From: Pseudomonas phage 201phi2-1
Length of the DNA: 32,000 nt
Strand: one strand, 5' to 3'
Sequence record: NC_010821.1
Position 1 is the stretch's first letter, and every line of letters begins with the position of its first letter. A program made the translations under genes and the position numbers. The notes beneath the pieces were generated by a model that saw only the letters and a list, made by a program, of their open reading frames with translations, was not told the origin of the DNA and searched no databases. Of this stretch, positions 1 to 8,955 are shown one piece after another.

Positions 1-2
1 AA

Positions 3-539
3 TTGTCTGCCAGTATCCCAGCAACTATGAATCCAGTATTCGATCTGGATATGGAACAAAACCACATGCCGTGGGTATTCCATACTGGGTTCAACACAGA
101 TGGTCGCACTAACCTTTTCCTGAGGCCTGAGGCTATTCGCAGCGTTGTTCAACTGAACCGGAAAATTCGTATTTCTAATCCAGAAAATGTTTTCGCTAAC
201 CTGATGGATCATGGCGATCGGAAAACTTATGCTATGTCTGATCAGTTTATGTTGTTTGGTCGTGAGCGCGCGGTTGAGAAATACGAGCGTTCGCTACGAG
301 CAATCGAACAGGCAGGTCCAAACAAGAATATCATTGATCCCTATATCCGTGCATCGGGTCAATACGGGTATCCATTAGAAGATCAACTGTTGGTACTGTA
401 TCGCGATTCAGCCGGGCAATGGGTTAATATCCCAGGTACTGGCTTTGAGGTCACTGATGGTGAGTTCACCCGTGAAGCTCTGACCAGCCAAAGAGATACT
501 ATCTTCGGTCTCAATTACGAACCACGCTTTGTTAACTAA
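3..539 (+). CDS. hypothetical protein (178 aa)
   Basis: Long ORF at the head of a co-directional + block; no family recognised. Confidence 0.8.
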   Translation: MSASIPATMNPVFDLDMEQNHMPWVFHTGFNTDGRTNLFLRPEAIRSVVQLNRKIRISNPENVFANLMDHGDRKTYAMSDQFMLFGRERAVEKYERSLRAIEQAGPNKNIIDPYIRASGQYGYPLEDQLLVLYRDSAGQWVNIPGTGFEVTDGEFTREALTSQRDTIFGLNYEPRFVN

Positions 540-597
540 CCTAACCGGGGTAGTTCGCTACCCCATAACACAATCTTACCTAAAGGACTAATAATAA

Positions 598-1266
598 ATG
601 CCGATCGCTCGCACACCTGAGCACACTGCAATGCGTAAATTGCTGATGCGCTATATGGCGGAGTATACAAATAACTCTTCAGCTCCAGCAAACATCCGGG
701 GTGGTTTCTTTGCAATTCATATCACCGACACTAACATGGTGTGGGTGAACGAAACAGGTAGCTTTGCCAGCACACTCCAACGCTGGAAGAATAAAGGTAC
801 TTTCGCCGATTGCGTAGGACAAGCTATTAAACGTGGTGCTAAACTGGAACTTTGGTTCTTGACACAGCCACAGCGGTTCTGCGTGAACGAATTAAAAGAA
901 GAACTCAGCGAATTGAATAAAATAGCTGAACGAAAAGAACGCGTTATGTCTGGTCCTGGTAAACTCTACAGTATCCGACATGCTGGCTCAATGGACTTCT
1001 TCCTTTTAGCCGATCGTATCAACACCGCACCAACTTCACTGCTGTCTAACTTTGTTACCCGTCTGCAAACCATGCGCGGTGACAATCGTAATCAATTGTT
1101 GGACCAGTTTGTTAGTGAGCAGACCTCTGACATCATTAAAGGTACCGGTTTCGATATTACTCATATTGATGACTTCGATAGCTGTGAGGACCTCTGGCTG
1201 AAACGTCAGGTCTATATCGATGACAACAAATTCGGTCGCAATCTGAACTGGCACAACGTGGACTGA
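598..1266 (+). CDS. hypothetical protein (222 aa)
   Basis: Long ORF, co-directional with neighbours, upstream AAAGGA. Confidence 0.85.
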   Translation: MPIARTPEHTAMRKLLMRYMAEYTNNSSAPANIRGGFFAIHITDTNMVWVNETGSFASTLQRWKNKGTFADCVGQAIKRGAKLELWFLTQPQRFCVNELKEELSELNKIAERKERVMSGPGKLYSIRHAGSMDFFLLADRINTAPTSLLSNFVTRLQTMRGDNRNQLLDQFVSEQTSDIIKGTGFDITHIDDFDSCEDLWLKRQVYIDDNKFGRNLNWHNVD

Positions 1267-1297
1267 TCCACTCAATCTTTCTATTAGGTTTACTGCA

Positions 1298-1978
1298 ATG
1301 ACTTCTAAAATCGTAACCTTTCCAGACGTACCAATGACCATGGTCATTAAGCGTCTTACCGATTACACCGTGCAACACTATTCCGGCTTGGATGACATTC
1401 CACATCTCTGTGTGAAAGTCCGCCATCATAATGGCTTCGCGTGGTTTGGTATCAGCATCATTCCAACGGGTAATTATCCTAACGGGTTCCCTGCACCATG
1501 GCCGGCTCAGTTGGTACGTAATGTCAAGACCCAGTTCCTTCAGGCGATGGCTCAGGTTATCGATCTGGCTGAAATGGATTCTGACGTGGATCTGTTGATG
1601 CGTAGTATCCAAGACATCTGCGCCAAGCGTAAACGTCCTGTGATGTTCGGTACTGGCGGTAATGAGTTCATCCAGATCTCGTCTACCAACAACGTTCAGA
1701 TCGAGCTGTATCGCGATGAGGTGAAGCCAGAGTCGTCGACTTACGGTGGTTATTTCTTCGTGGTGGAATATGACGGTCAAACCTTTCCGGGGTTGCTGTA
1801 CCATCGTGGGATCATTGCATACAACTATATCACCAAAGAAGCCGCTCATGGTTTGATCCGTGAAGAACTCCAAGCTAAGTTCCCTGAGTTCTTCAATGAC
1901 CCATCGAAGTTGGTGATCCCTTTCGGTGAAATCATGCAGTTACCACGTAACCGTAACAAGTGGGCTAAGGTGCGATGA
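1298..1978 (+). CDS. hypothetical protein (226 aa)
   Basis: Long ORF; 4 nt ATGA overlap with the next gene. Antisense ORFs here are shadows. Confidence 0.85.
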   Translation: MTSKIVTFPDVPMTMVIKRLTDYTVQHYSGLDDIPHLCVKVRHHNGFAWFGISIIPTGNYPNGFPAPWPAQLVRNVKTQFLQAMAQVIDLAEMDSDVDLLMRSIQDICAKRKRPVMFGTGGNEFIQISSTNNVQIELYRDEVKPESSTYGGYFFVVEYDGQTFPGLLYHRGIIAYNYITKEAAHGLIREELQAKFPEFFNDPSKLVIPFGEIMQLPRNRNKWAKVR

Positions 1979-2352
1979 AAACACAGACGCTAGTTATTGA
2001 CCTGATTCGTAACTGGCTTCCGAACGCTACCACTGGTTTGTGGGCGAAGCACTCGATGGAGGGCTTCGATATCATCACAGTTCTGACTGAACCCGAGTAC
2101 CCTGGATTGGAAAAGATTCAGGGGAAAGTCATTTGGGCAGAAGACGGTGTAATTGATGACAAGGCTAATGCTGAACGCAATCTGCTGATTCATCAGGTAG
2201 CCCGTAAGTTCGCCAAAGCCACTGAAACGGTGCTCATTGGCGTCAGGCATGTTGATCGTATTACATACCTCGACTTCAAAGGTGAGTCTATCAAAAACGT
2301 TGAAGGGTTCGACTGGGTGGATGTCGTTCTAGAAAAAGAAATCATCGTTTAG
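1975..2352 (+). CDS. hypothetical protein (125 aa)
   Basis: ORF overlapping the previous gene by ATGA. Confidence 0.8.
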   Translation: MKTQTLVIDLIRNWLPNATTGLWAKHSMEGFDIITVLTEPEYPGLEKIQGKVIWAEDGVIDDKANAERNLLIHQVARKFAKATETVLIGVRHVDRITYLDFKGESIKNVEGFDWVDVVLEKEIIV

Positions 2353-2360
2353 TAAAAGAA

Positions 2361-2848
2361 TACTCAGTGTGTAATATTATAGGAGTGAATGCTCCTAGCC
2401 CGTGATAAAAGCCTCGTAAAAGTGTTGCTTTCATTTCCCACCCCATCACGGGTTCCCCCTATTCAGGATCACTGCTCTGGTAGTGAACCAAATGAACAAG
2501 GGTGTTCGCAGGGGTTATCTCTCTAACCAGGGTCCCCGTCACCATAAGCAGTAGGTTAGATGCCCTGCTCGAACACCCGCCTAAGCATAATGAACTTTCG
2601 GAATAATTCGCCCGTCCCCAAATAAGGTGGGATGGTTAGTTGGAGATGACCAGTCTCCTAAACCGAAGCACTGATCACTAGGGTGGTACCTATTCGATAC
2701 AGTGAAGTTACTCGATCATATCGGTGTTACACCCCCGATCGAAGTGGCGACTGACAAAGTGATACTTCCTACTAAATGGGTTGTTCAGCTGGCCAGCACA
2801 CATGCGTCAGATTAAACCTCAAGCCCCCACCCTCGTAGGTGGGGGCTT
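2361..2848 (+). ncRNA. candidate large structured non-coding RNA (family unassigned)
   Basis: ~500 nt gap without a convincing ORF in a genome where gaps are usually <60 nt. Helices: 2380-2385/2392-2397; CCCGTGAT 2399-2406 / ATCACGGG 2445-2452; 2500-2513/2563-2578 (14 bp with a 2 nt bulge); 2642-2646/2654-2658; 2710-2717/2737-2745 capped by 2723-2726/2730-2733. Ends in a terminator. Confidence 0.6.
2821..2848 (+). terminator. strong hairpin terminator
   Basis: AAGCCCCCACC-CTCGTA..-GGTGGGGGCTTT followed by TTTATTCCG. Confidence 0.8.
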
Positions 2849-2870
2849 TATTCCGTCTCAAGGAGAAACT

Positions 2871-3068
2871 ATGAGTTTGTACGATCAGTTGTTTAAGCTG
2901 TATATTACGGTGAAAGATCCGAAGGTTGTCCGGTATCGTCGACATCCATGTCAACTGCGTATTGTCGGCAAGGCCCGGCATATGTGGGGTAACGAAAGTA
3001 AACTCGATCCCGGTTCTCAAAGCACTGAAACGATTGAAAAACTCATCGCCCGTTATTACATCGATTAA
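2871..3068 (+). CDS. hypothetical protein (65 aa)
   Basis: Start moved to the Met of MSLYDQLFK, preceded by AAGGAGAAACT; the longer track ORF would run through the terminator. Confidence 0.75.
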   Translation: MSLYDQLFKLYITVKDPKVVRYRRHPCQLRIVGKARHMWGNESKLDPGSQSTETIEKLIARYYID

Positions 3069-3077
3069 GGAGTTCTT

Positions 3078-3569
3078 ATGAAAAAGCTTGATAAAACAGG
3101 TCCACTTAAAGCAGCCTATTATCTCATCACCAGTTATGCTGATTATGAGAAGGCTATTCTCGAATACCTTAAAGAGAATGATCACAAACCTGAGGACTGG
3201 GGTATGCGTGACCAGTTCAATGTGAATGAATTGGTTGAAGGTCATCACATCAAAGGTAATCGTGAACTCTACACCAACGGTGAATCCCCAGAGTTCATCC
3301 TGTGCATCAACTTCGATGATCAGTTTGTACAACTCATCGTTAATTTCGTGAGTGTGTCTGACTTCATCGTACCAGAAGGCGATGTACCTGCACACATGTA
3401 CGAGTTCGAAATCGAGCGCCACATGCGAGAATCCCCGTACCGCATCCACCGTAGCCAGTATCAAGTTATGGCTAAGGATGCGTTCGAGGCGCACGTGCTG
3501 GTAGGTCAGTGCTATTCCCGTGACGAAGAGTATGATCTCAAAATCGCTAGCTGGAGGAAAGTAAAATGA
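3078..3569 (+). CDS. hypothetical protein (163 aa)
   Basis: ORF with AAGGAG RBS; overlaps next ORF by ATGA. Confidence 0.85.
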   Translation: MKKLDKTGPLKAAYYLITSYADYEKAILEYLKENDHKPEDWGMRDQFNVNELVEGHHIKGNRELYTNGESPEFILCINFDDQFVQLIVNFVSVSDFIVPEGDVPAHMYEFEIERHMRESPYRIHRSQYQVMAKDAFEAHVLVGQCYSRDEEYDLKIASWRKVK

Positions 3570-4063
3570 AGCGCCTTGACCAATACGAAGGTAGCAATCG
3601 CTCAGGCATGTTCAAGTATCGGATCGAAGCTGATGGTGAACTCGAACAGGCTATCCAAGCTGCGTGCGATGAGATGTCAGTTAGCACGGGGGAACCGCAT
3701 GGTATGGATGATCGCCCGAAGCATTATCCTTACATTGCGTTCATCCACCCTGACGATGAATACTATCGCGTGGATCTCGGCTTTGCGACTGCTGAAGATC
3801 TTGTAGGGGATGGTCCAGGTAGTCTGGATGAGCTGAAGGATATGCTCTATAACTACACTACCATGAAGCCGTGGTTGGATCGTATTCATGAAGCCGCACA
3901 ACTTAACGGTGAAGCAAGTATCGAGTTCCGCGATCTTGATGATGAACCTAACTTCGGCAATCAGTACGCTATGAACAACAAACAGGCTGACTGGCTCCGT
4001 AGTCAAGGCTGGGTGGTGCACTGGGAGAAATACCCACGTACTTGGATCGTATCTGGCTGGTGA
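3566..4063 (+). CDS. hypothetical protein (165 aa)
   Basis: ORF overlapping the previous gene, acidic product. Confidence 0.85.
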   Translation: MKRLDQYEGSNRSGMFKYRIEADGELEQAIQAACDEMSVSTGEPHGMDDRPKHYPYIAFIHPDDEYYRVDLGFATAEDLVGDGPGSLDELKDMLYNYTTMKPWLDRIHEAAQLNGEASIEFRDLDDEPNFGNQYAMNNKQADWLRSQGWVVHWEKYPRTWIVSGW

Positions 4064-4084
4064 TTTCAATTAAGGAGTAATAGC

Positions 4085-4225
4085 ATGCATGACATCGTAG
4101 GAGATCGTCTTAAGAAACAGATTCAATCCCGCCGTACAGAACGGCTACAGTATATTTTCCTCTATTCATTCCTCGGAGTGAATGGACTGTACATCGCATA
4201 CGAACTAATCAAACGATTTATCTAA
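4085..4225 (+). CDS. small hypothetical protein (46 aa), possibly membrane-associated
   Basis: Manually read ORF absent from the track: MHDIVGDRLKKQIQSRRTERLQYIFLYSFLGVNGLYIAYELIKRFI*, with TAAGGAG upstream. Confidence 0.65.
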   Translation: MHDIVGDRLKKQIQSRRTERLQYIFLYSFLGVNGLYIAYELIKRFI

Positions 4226-4233
4226 GGACGAAT

Positions 4234-4665
4234 ATGAAAACCCTAAACCCGATCCATGCTGATCACGAAAAGGTCTACAACCACTTTGTAGACCGTCAGG
4301 AGAACGGTCAGTTCGATCGTTACAACGCTGATATGCAGTCTTTTATCAATCGGGTCTGGAATAAGAATCTGGGTGTAGTAGCTGCTATGTCACATAGTGG
4401 TATTGGAGCAGACGTATCGAACGGCTTTGTGCAGTTTGTTGCAGATAACCCATCCATGATGGTTCGCCTTATTGGATGGCTGACTGAGGTACGTGACGCT
4501 TTACCAAAACTACAACAACCCACGGTTGAGATCCGTAGTAAGACTACTCCTAACCATATCGATGATGCAACTCATTATCTAACAGTAATGTTTCGAACCC
4601 CTCGATTCAAAACTAAGGATGATGCTAACACCTGGTGGAGTAAACTGGTCCAATCTTATAACTAA
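4234..4665 (+). CDS. hypothetical protein (143 aa)
   Basis: ORF with AAGGACG upstream; fits between neighbours. Confidence 0.8.
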   Translation: MKTLNPIHADHEKVYNHFVDRQENGQFDRYNADMQSFINRVWNKNLGVVAAMSHSGIGADVSNGFVQFVADNPSMMVRLIGWLTEVRDALPKLQQPTVEIRSKTTPNHIDDATHYLTVMFRTPRFKTKDDANTWWSKLVQSYN

Positions 4666-4668
4666 ACA

Positions 4669-5121
4669 TTGGAGCAGACCATGAAAGCAGTATTGATTAA
4701 AGGTAATCCCAAATTCGTTAGGGGTGATGAAGCAAAAGCGTACTATCAGGAAATCGTTGAGTTTATGGAAGGACTTGGCGTGGAGGTCATCGAAGACCAA
4801 GGTCTCGACAACACGTGTCCACCTCCAGCTGATTTCTACGTGGCCCATTCACGTGGGGTCGATCGTGAGTGCTGTTTCGATACACCAGAACAAATGGCTA
4901 ACTTCATTAAGTTCGGTGTACCAGAAGGCGTGATCCATCCAGTCGATTTAGATTGGTGGGATCGTGGGCGTAAAGGTGTTCCACCCCGTGAGCACTTTGT
5001 GTTTACAGCAGACCAGAAGCTGGCTATCCAGAATAAGGTTGATGCCTTGCGTAAAGCTACCACTCCAGTACCGATCCAGAAATCACGCCAGTCTGCTTCA
5101 CGCAGGCCGGGTGTACGATAA
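4669..5121 (+). CDS. hypothetical protein (150 aa), possible nucleoside 2-deoxyribosyltransferase/hydrolase-like small domain
   Basis: ORF; segment ADFYVAHSRGVDRECCF resembles Rossmann-like small enzymes only weakly. Confidence 0.75.
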   Translation: MEQTMKAVLIKGNPKFVRGDEAKAYYQEIVEFMEGLGVEVIEDQGLDNTCPPPADFYVAHSRGVDRECCFDTPEQMANFIKFGVPEGVIHPVDLDWWDRGRKGVPPREHFVFTADQKLAIQNKVDALRKATTPVPIQKSRQSASRRPGVR

Positions 5122-5132
5122 CACGTCATAAA

Positions 5133-5152
5133 GCCCCTCCGCAAGGAGGGGC
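5133..5152 (-). terminator. hairpin terminator between convergent genes
   Basis: GCCCCTCC-TTGC-GGAGGGGC then TTTATGACG on the - strand; the + side has a T-rich run, so it may be bidirectional. Confidence 0.8.
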
Positions 5153-5171
5153 AATATGTTGTTTTTTTCTT

Positions 5172-5576
5172 TTATGCCATGCGAACTACGCGTTGTAATT
5201 CTTTACCCTTAGCCCAGAGCTTAGGGAACAAATCGTCACGCTCTCGTACGACCATACCGCCACCACGAACCTTATTCGAAGAGGGATACAGTTCTGGGTT
5301 GTCTTGGGCTTCTTTCATAAGTTGGGTCATGTAAAGATCCAAGGTATTCTGATCATCTTGCGTGCATTTAGAGAACACACGCTTGAAGTAATCGTCACAG
5401 TAATCGAAGTCACGTACTACGCGATACCCACGGCTTCCCAGATCGATACGGAAGTATTTACGGTAGTCGTGGTAACCGCCACCAATACGCCACATCTCGT
5501 TACCCGGTTTATTCACGAGGCGTTCGATTTTAAAAGATTTAAGGTCTTTCCATAGTTGAATCAATTTAGTTTTCAT
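5172..5576 (-). CDS. hypothetical protein (134 aa)
   Basis: Long ORF in - block. Confidence 0.8.
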   Translation of the reverse strand: MKTKLIQLWKDLKSFKIERLVNKPGNEMWRIGGGYHDYRKYFRIDLGSRGYRVVRDFDYCDDYFKRVFSKCTQDDQNTLDLYMTQLMKEAQDNPELYPSSNKVRGGGMVVRERDDLFPKLWAKGKELQRVVRMA

Positions 5577-5818
5577 TTTACACCATTGATGGTTTTGATG
5601 AAGGTATGTGCTTCATCGATATTAATGATCTTGATATATTTTGAATCGTTGTTGCCTACCATCATATTAAGTTGACTTAGCCATGACGAATAGTGTTCTG
5701 GCCCCTTGAGACGAGATGGCCACTGAGTCAACTCAAGCATGTGTTGGTAAGCACACTTAGTAGGGCGTCGATCGGGTAGCAATAAACTACCCAGCCATCC
5801 TAGAATTCTTTTTAGCAT
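5573..5818 (-). CDS. hypothetical protein (81 aa)
   Basis: ORF with 4 nt overlap. Confidence 0.7.
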   Translation of the reverse strand: MLKRILGWLGSLLLPDRRPTKCAYQHMLELTQWPSRLKGPEHYSSWLSQLNMMVGNNDSKYIKIINIDEAHTFIKTINGVK

Positions 5819-6225
5819 TTATTCCAATCATCCACCTGCTTGAGGAAATCTTGAATGACCCAGCCCCATTTACCAGCCCATTCTTTGACGGTATAGGGTA
5901 TACCAGATGGACCAGCAACCGATTCCAGTATGGTCGACCATTCGGTCTTATAGCAGTACTCTACTTGAGACTCGTAACGCTTTATCGAGATATCCAGTAG
6001 GTAAAGATTCTGGTCTGTTACGGTTGCTCTCAATCCTAGGTAAAGACCCTGTTCCATTAAGTGGGCAAGCTCGACCCGTTTAAAGTCCTTCGGGTTGAAT
6101 GTCACAACTATATCTGGTAGTGGTTCACCGGGCTGAGTTCTTTGAAAAGGTAGTTCATCCTTAGGTGGAAGTTGCTCAGATGGTGCAGGACGATTATTGA
6201 TCAAGAACTTTGAAGTATCAAACAT
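5812..6225 (-). CDS. hypothetical protein (137 aa)
   Basis: ORF with short overlap to its neighbour. Confidence 0.8.
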   Translation of the reverse strand: MFDTSKFLINNRPAPSEQLPPKDELPFQRTQPGEPLPDIVVTFNPKDFKRVELAHLMEQGLYLGLRATVTDQNLYLLDISIKRYESQVEYCYKTEWSTILESVAGPSGIPYTVKEWAGKWGWVIQDFLKQVDDWNKC

Positions 6226-6228
6226 AGT

Positions 6229-6480
6229 TTACCCCACGCTGTAACCGACCGTGTAAATCTTACGTTTGATCTTGAACTTAAAGACCTTGTAAAATTCACC
6301 TAGTGGCGGTACATCCGTTTCGAACCGACTACCATAGACCATGTCATCGGTTTTTTCAAAGAACGTAATACACTTACGTGCAATGTAGTCTCGTCGACCT
6401 TTGGTTAGATAAGGATAGGTTACTTTGAGCTGCTCATCAATCAGCTTTGGGAGGTGTTTTGCAATGTAATCATCAATCAT
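6229..6480 (-). CDS. hypothetical protein (83 aa)
   Basis: ORF in tight array. Confidence 0.75.
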   Translation of the reverse strand: MIDDYIAKHLPKLIDEQLKVTYPYLTKGRRDYIARKCITFFEKTDDMVYGSRFETDVPPLGEFYKVFKFKIKRKIYTVGYSVG

Positions 6481-6487
6481 CGTAAAC

Positions 6488-7396
6488 TCACTTTAAGAAT
6501 GTACCACAGGAGGCCTTCACATCAGTTCCTACGCGTGGGATCAGCTTAACCTTAGCATCGGGTAGATGACGCTGGATAAAGCCGTGTAGGTACTTTACAT
6601 GACCCTCCACGGGTTCCTTGGAGTAGTGACCTTCCGGTGGATTGTATCGGACGATGTTCCAGTTCACTTTCAGTCCAACTTCTTTGATCTCATCAATGAT
6701 AGCTTTAACGTCACCGATGGAATCGTTCTGATCGTTAATGAATGCATAATGAATCTTAGGTGTTTTACCGGTAGCTTCTTGCCAGCACTTCAGTTCATCC
6801 AGTGCCGTTTCAGGTGCTGCCGCTTTAGGTAGCCACTGTTTACGGAACTTAGGATTCAGACTGTAAAGTGAGTAGTAGAGTTCAGGGTAGACTTCTGGGT
6901 CAGTGAACACATCAGTCAGTTTAGTAAAGCCGAACTCTTTTGGCCAGATGGTGGAGATCAGGAACTTAGCTTCCAATCCCCATTGTTCGGCCATACGCTT
7001 AAGACCACGTAGGATCTCATCGGCATTCTCAACGAAGTGTTTGTTAGCTAATGGTTCACCACGCGCCATGAAGTTGAAGTGTACCTTAGTGGCTGCACTA
7101 CCTACATGGTTATTTCGGACCATGTCGATGTAATGGTCGAATACACGTTCAGCTTGTTCGAAGTATTCCTGTACAGTAACGTCACGGGAATCCGTCTGAC
7201 CAGTTGCAGTCAACCAACACATCCTGCAAGCTTGTTTACAGCCTGTCTGAGAGCTTAGATAAACAATGAAGTAATCGTCTACCCTTTGTACGAAACGTGC
7301 TTCTAATCGCCCTGTATGGTCTTCAAACTTACGCTCGAAGTTAACGGAGCGATCTAGCTCAGATTGGTGCGTCGTGTAAATCAATTGACTCTGCAT
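6488..7396 (-). CDS. radical SAM protein, RlmN/Cfr-like (302 aa)
   Basis: SSQTGCKQACRMC (CX3CX2C), FMARGEPL, and C-terminal VGTDVKASCG aligning with RlmN/Cfr motifs. Confidence 0.88.
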   Translation of the reverse strand: MQSQLIYTTHQSELDRSVNFERKFEDHTGRLEARFVQRVDDYFIVYLSSQTGCKQACRMCWLTATGQTDSRDVTVQEYFEQAERVFDHYIDMVRNNHVGSAATKVHFNFMARGEPLANKHFVENADEILRGLKRMAEQWGLEAKFLISTIWPKEFGFTKLTDVFTDPEVYPELYYSLYSLNPKFRKQWLPKAAAPETALDELKCWQEATGKTPKIHYAFINDQNDSIGDVKAIIDEIKEVGLKVNWNIVRYNPPEGHYSKEPVEGHVKYLHGFIQRHLPDAKVKLIPRVGTDVKASCGTFLK

Positions 7397-7649
7397 GGGT
7401 GCTGGTCCTCAAACGGTAAACGAATCGAATAGGTGGATAACCATTAACTGTTATGGTGGATTCATCGAAGTCTTTGTTATCGTACTCAACTGTAACTTGA
7501 TGGGGCCAGAACAACCCTTTTCTTATTTGATCTTCAATTTGACAAACTAGGTGGTAACCACGCATTGCAGCATTACACCCATTAAAGTGATCGCTGCAAA
7601 CGTGGTCAACCAGTTCGTCAAGCTTACGCTTGATCGACTCCATCTTCAA
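7359..7649 (-). CDS. hypothetical protein (96 aa)
   Basis: ORF in tight array. Confidence 0.7.
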   Translation of the reverse strand: MKMESIKRKLDELVDHVCSDHFNGCNAAMRGYHLVCQIEDQIRKGLFWPHQVTVEYDNKDFDESTITVNGYPPIRFVYRLRTSTHAESIDLHDAPI

Positions 7650-7950
7650 CTCCAGTTACCAGACTAGGTACATCATACCTTGGTTTGATTTTGATATGGG
7701 GTTTGTCACCCAATTCTGACAGTGTCAGGATCACTTGGATTTGCTTGTCCCCTTTAGGGTTAACTCGAATACTGTGTGGACCTGGATAGGAATCAAAATG
7801 ATCCCTTAGAGTAACGTATACTTCATGTGCCGATTGCAGCTGAGTCAGGTCCGGTTTATTTTTAAAGACCTGTCCAACAATGTTAGTTACGGTATTGGTC
7901 CAAGTTGCAGCATGTTCCGCTTTGGCTGCAACAATTGCTTCAGTAGTCAT
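7624..7950 (-). CDS. hypothetical protein (108 aa)
   Basis: ORF in tight array. Confidence 0.7.
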   Translation of the reverse strand: MTTEAIVAAKAEHAATWTNTVTNIVGQVFKNKPDLTQLQSAHEVYVTLRDHFDSYPGPHSIRVNPKGDKQIQVILTLSELGDKPHIKIKPRYDVPSLVTGVEDGVDQA

Positions 7951-7962
7951 TTTGAAACTCCG

Positions 7963-8466
7963 TTATTTAATCAAGATCACAAAGGTATCTGGGTGAAAGG
8001 TTTCAGCAACCCATTTATTAAATTCAGCGCGTTTGACGTAGCCCGCACCGACAGTAAATTGTGCATCATCAACGATCACGTACCGCGTGTTAAGTTTCTC
8101 TTCGTCGCTTAGTTGTGCATTCCACTTCTCAATGGTTCCACTCGCACTTGGTACTAGCTGCGTGTAATCGACCCTTTCGCGCCCGGTATTTTTTAAGTAG
8201 TCATTAGCTAGTGCCAATTTAAGATAACTGTCTTTAGTAATTAGAATGCATTTATTGGGATGTTTAGCGATCCATTTCAATGCGCCTTGACTAAGCCCAC
8301 ACTGACGACCTACGTAAAGACCAATGGTTTTACAATCTCTTACCACCCAAGCCGGATCACCTCTATGTTGGGTATTACCCCACCGTTCCCAATTGTAACG
8401 TGTAACTTTTTCTAAGGCGTCTATAATGCTAACATAATCGACAAGCGGTTTAACGTAATCATTCAT
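7963..8466 (-). CDS. hypothetical protein (167 aa), degenerate P-loop-like, paralogue of 15016-15534
   Basis: WVVRDCKTIGLYVGRQCG..CILIT and RYVIVDDAQF motifs; aligns with the product of 15016-15534. Confidence 0.8.
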   Translation of the reverse strand: MNDYVKPLVDYVSIIDALEKVTRYNWERWGNTQHRGDPAWVVRDCKTIGLYVGRQCGLSQGALKWIAKHPNKCILITKDSYLKLALANDYLKNTGRERVDYTQLVPSASGTIEKWNAQLSDEEKLNTRYVIVDDAQFTVGAGYVKRAEFNKWVAETFHPDTFVILIK

Positions 8467-8531
8467 GTTTCATACTCACTATTTAATTGTTTCAGAGTAG
8501 GCGGTATGCCTACAATATCAGCACGCTCAGT

Positions 8532-8578
8532 ATTTATTAGAACCCGATTAAAGAGTATATTACAATGGTGAATCTAAA
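8532..8578 (+). promoter_or_regulatory. TATATTAC-type promoter candidate
   Basis: TTATTAGAACCCGATTAAAGAGTATATTACAATGGTGAATCTAAAC, ahead of the first + gene after a divergence; near-copy at 27911-27956. Confidence 0.65.
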
Positions 8579-8593
8579 CCCTTAAAGGAATTA

Positions 8594-8950
8594 ATGATGC
8601 GTGTAAAAGCGATGGATCTCACCTTGGAGATGGTTAAGGCATCAAGTGACGCTAATCCCATCATCATAGAACACTCACACGGTACTTTCACCATCAAACG
8701 TGGTTGGTACGGTACGTCTGGTGGTCGTGAGCTGCCCGGTGGTACCGAATACATTATTCCAATACTACTGTTGGAATTCCGTGACCGTAATGATTGGTTA
8801 GTCGGTTGCGAAGAACACTACGAAGGGGTATTCCAGTTGCTTAAACTGAGTATCCTTGATAAGGTCCGCACCAATACCTTTGTGTTCGATAAAGGTATGG
8901 AGCTGGAAGATATGGTTTCCCTTTGGCTGCACAACACAATCACGGAGTAA
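8594..8950 (+). CDS. hypothetical protein (118 aa)
   Basis: ORF, AAAGGA upstream, downstream of the promoter candidate. Confidence 0.8.
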   Translation: MMRVKAMDLTLEMVKASSDANPIIIEHSHGTFTIKRGWYGTSGGRELPGGTEYIIPILLLEFRDRNDWLVGCEEHYEGVFQLLKLSILDKVRTNTFVFDKGMELEDMVSLWLHNTITE

Positions 8951-8955
8951 TAGCA

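Noticed and set aside
2788-2797. 10 nt palindrome GCTGGCCAGC as a separate regulatory site
   Set aside because: Could be a binding site but lies within the structured RNA, cannot form a hairpin loop itself, and a 10 nt palindrome alone is weak evidence.
2361-2848. CRISPR array or tandem repeat explanation for the ORF-free region
   Set aside because: No regularly spaced direct repeats; complementarity is nested/inverted, consistent with RNA secondary structure instead.
2772-3494. 240 aa - strand ORF covering the structured RNA terminator and two + genes
   Set aside because: Shadow ORF antisense to well-spaced + ORFs with good RBSs, and it crosses a strong terminator.
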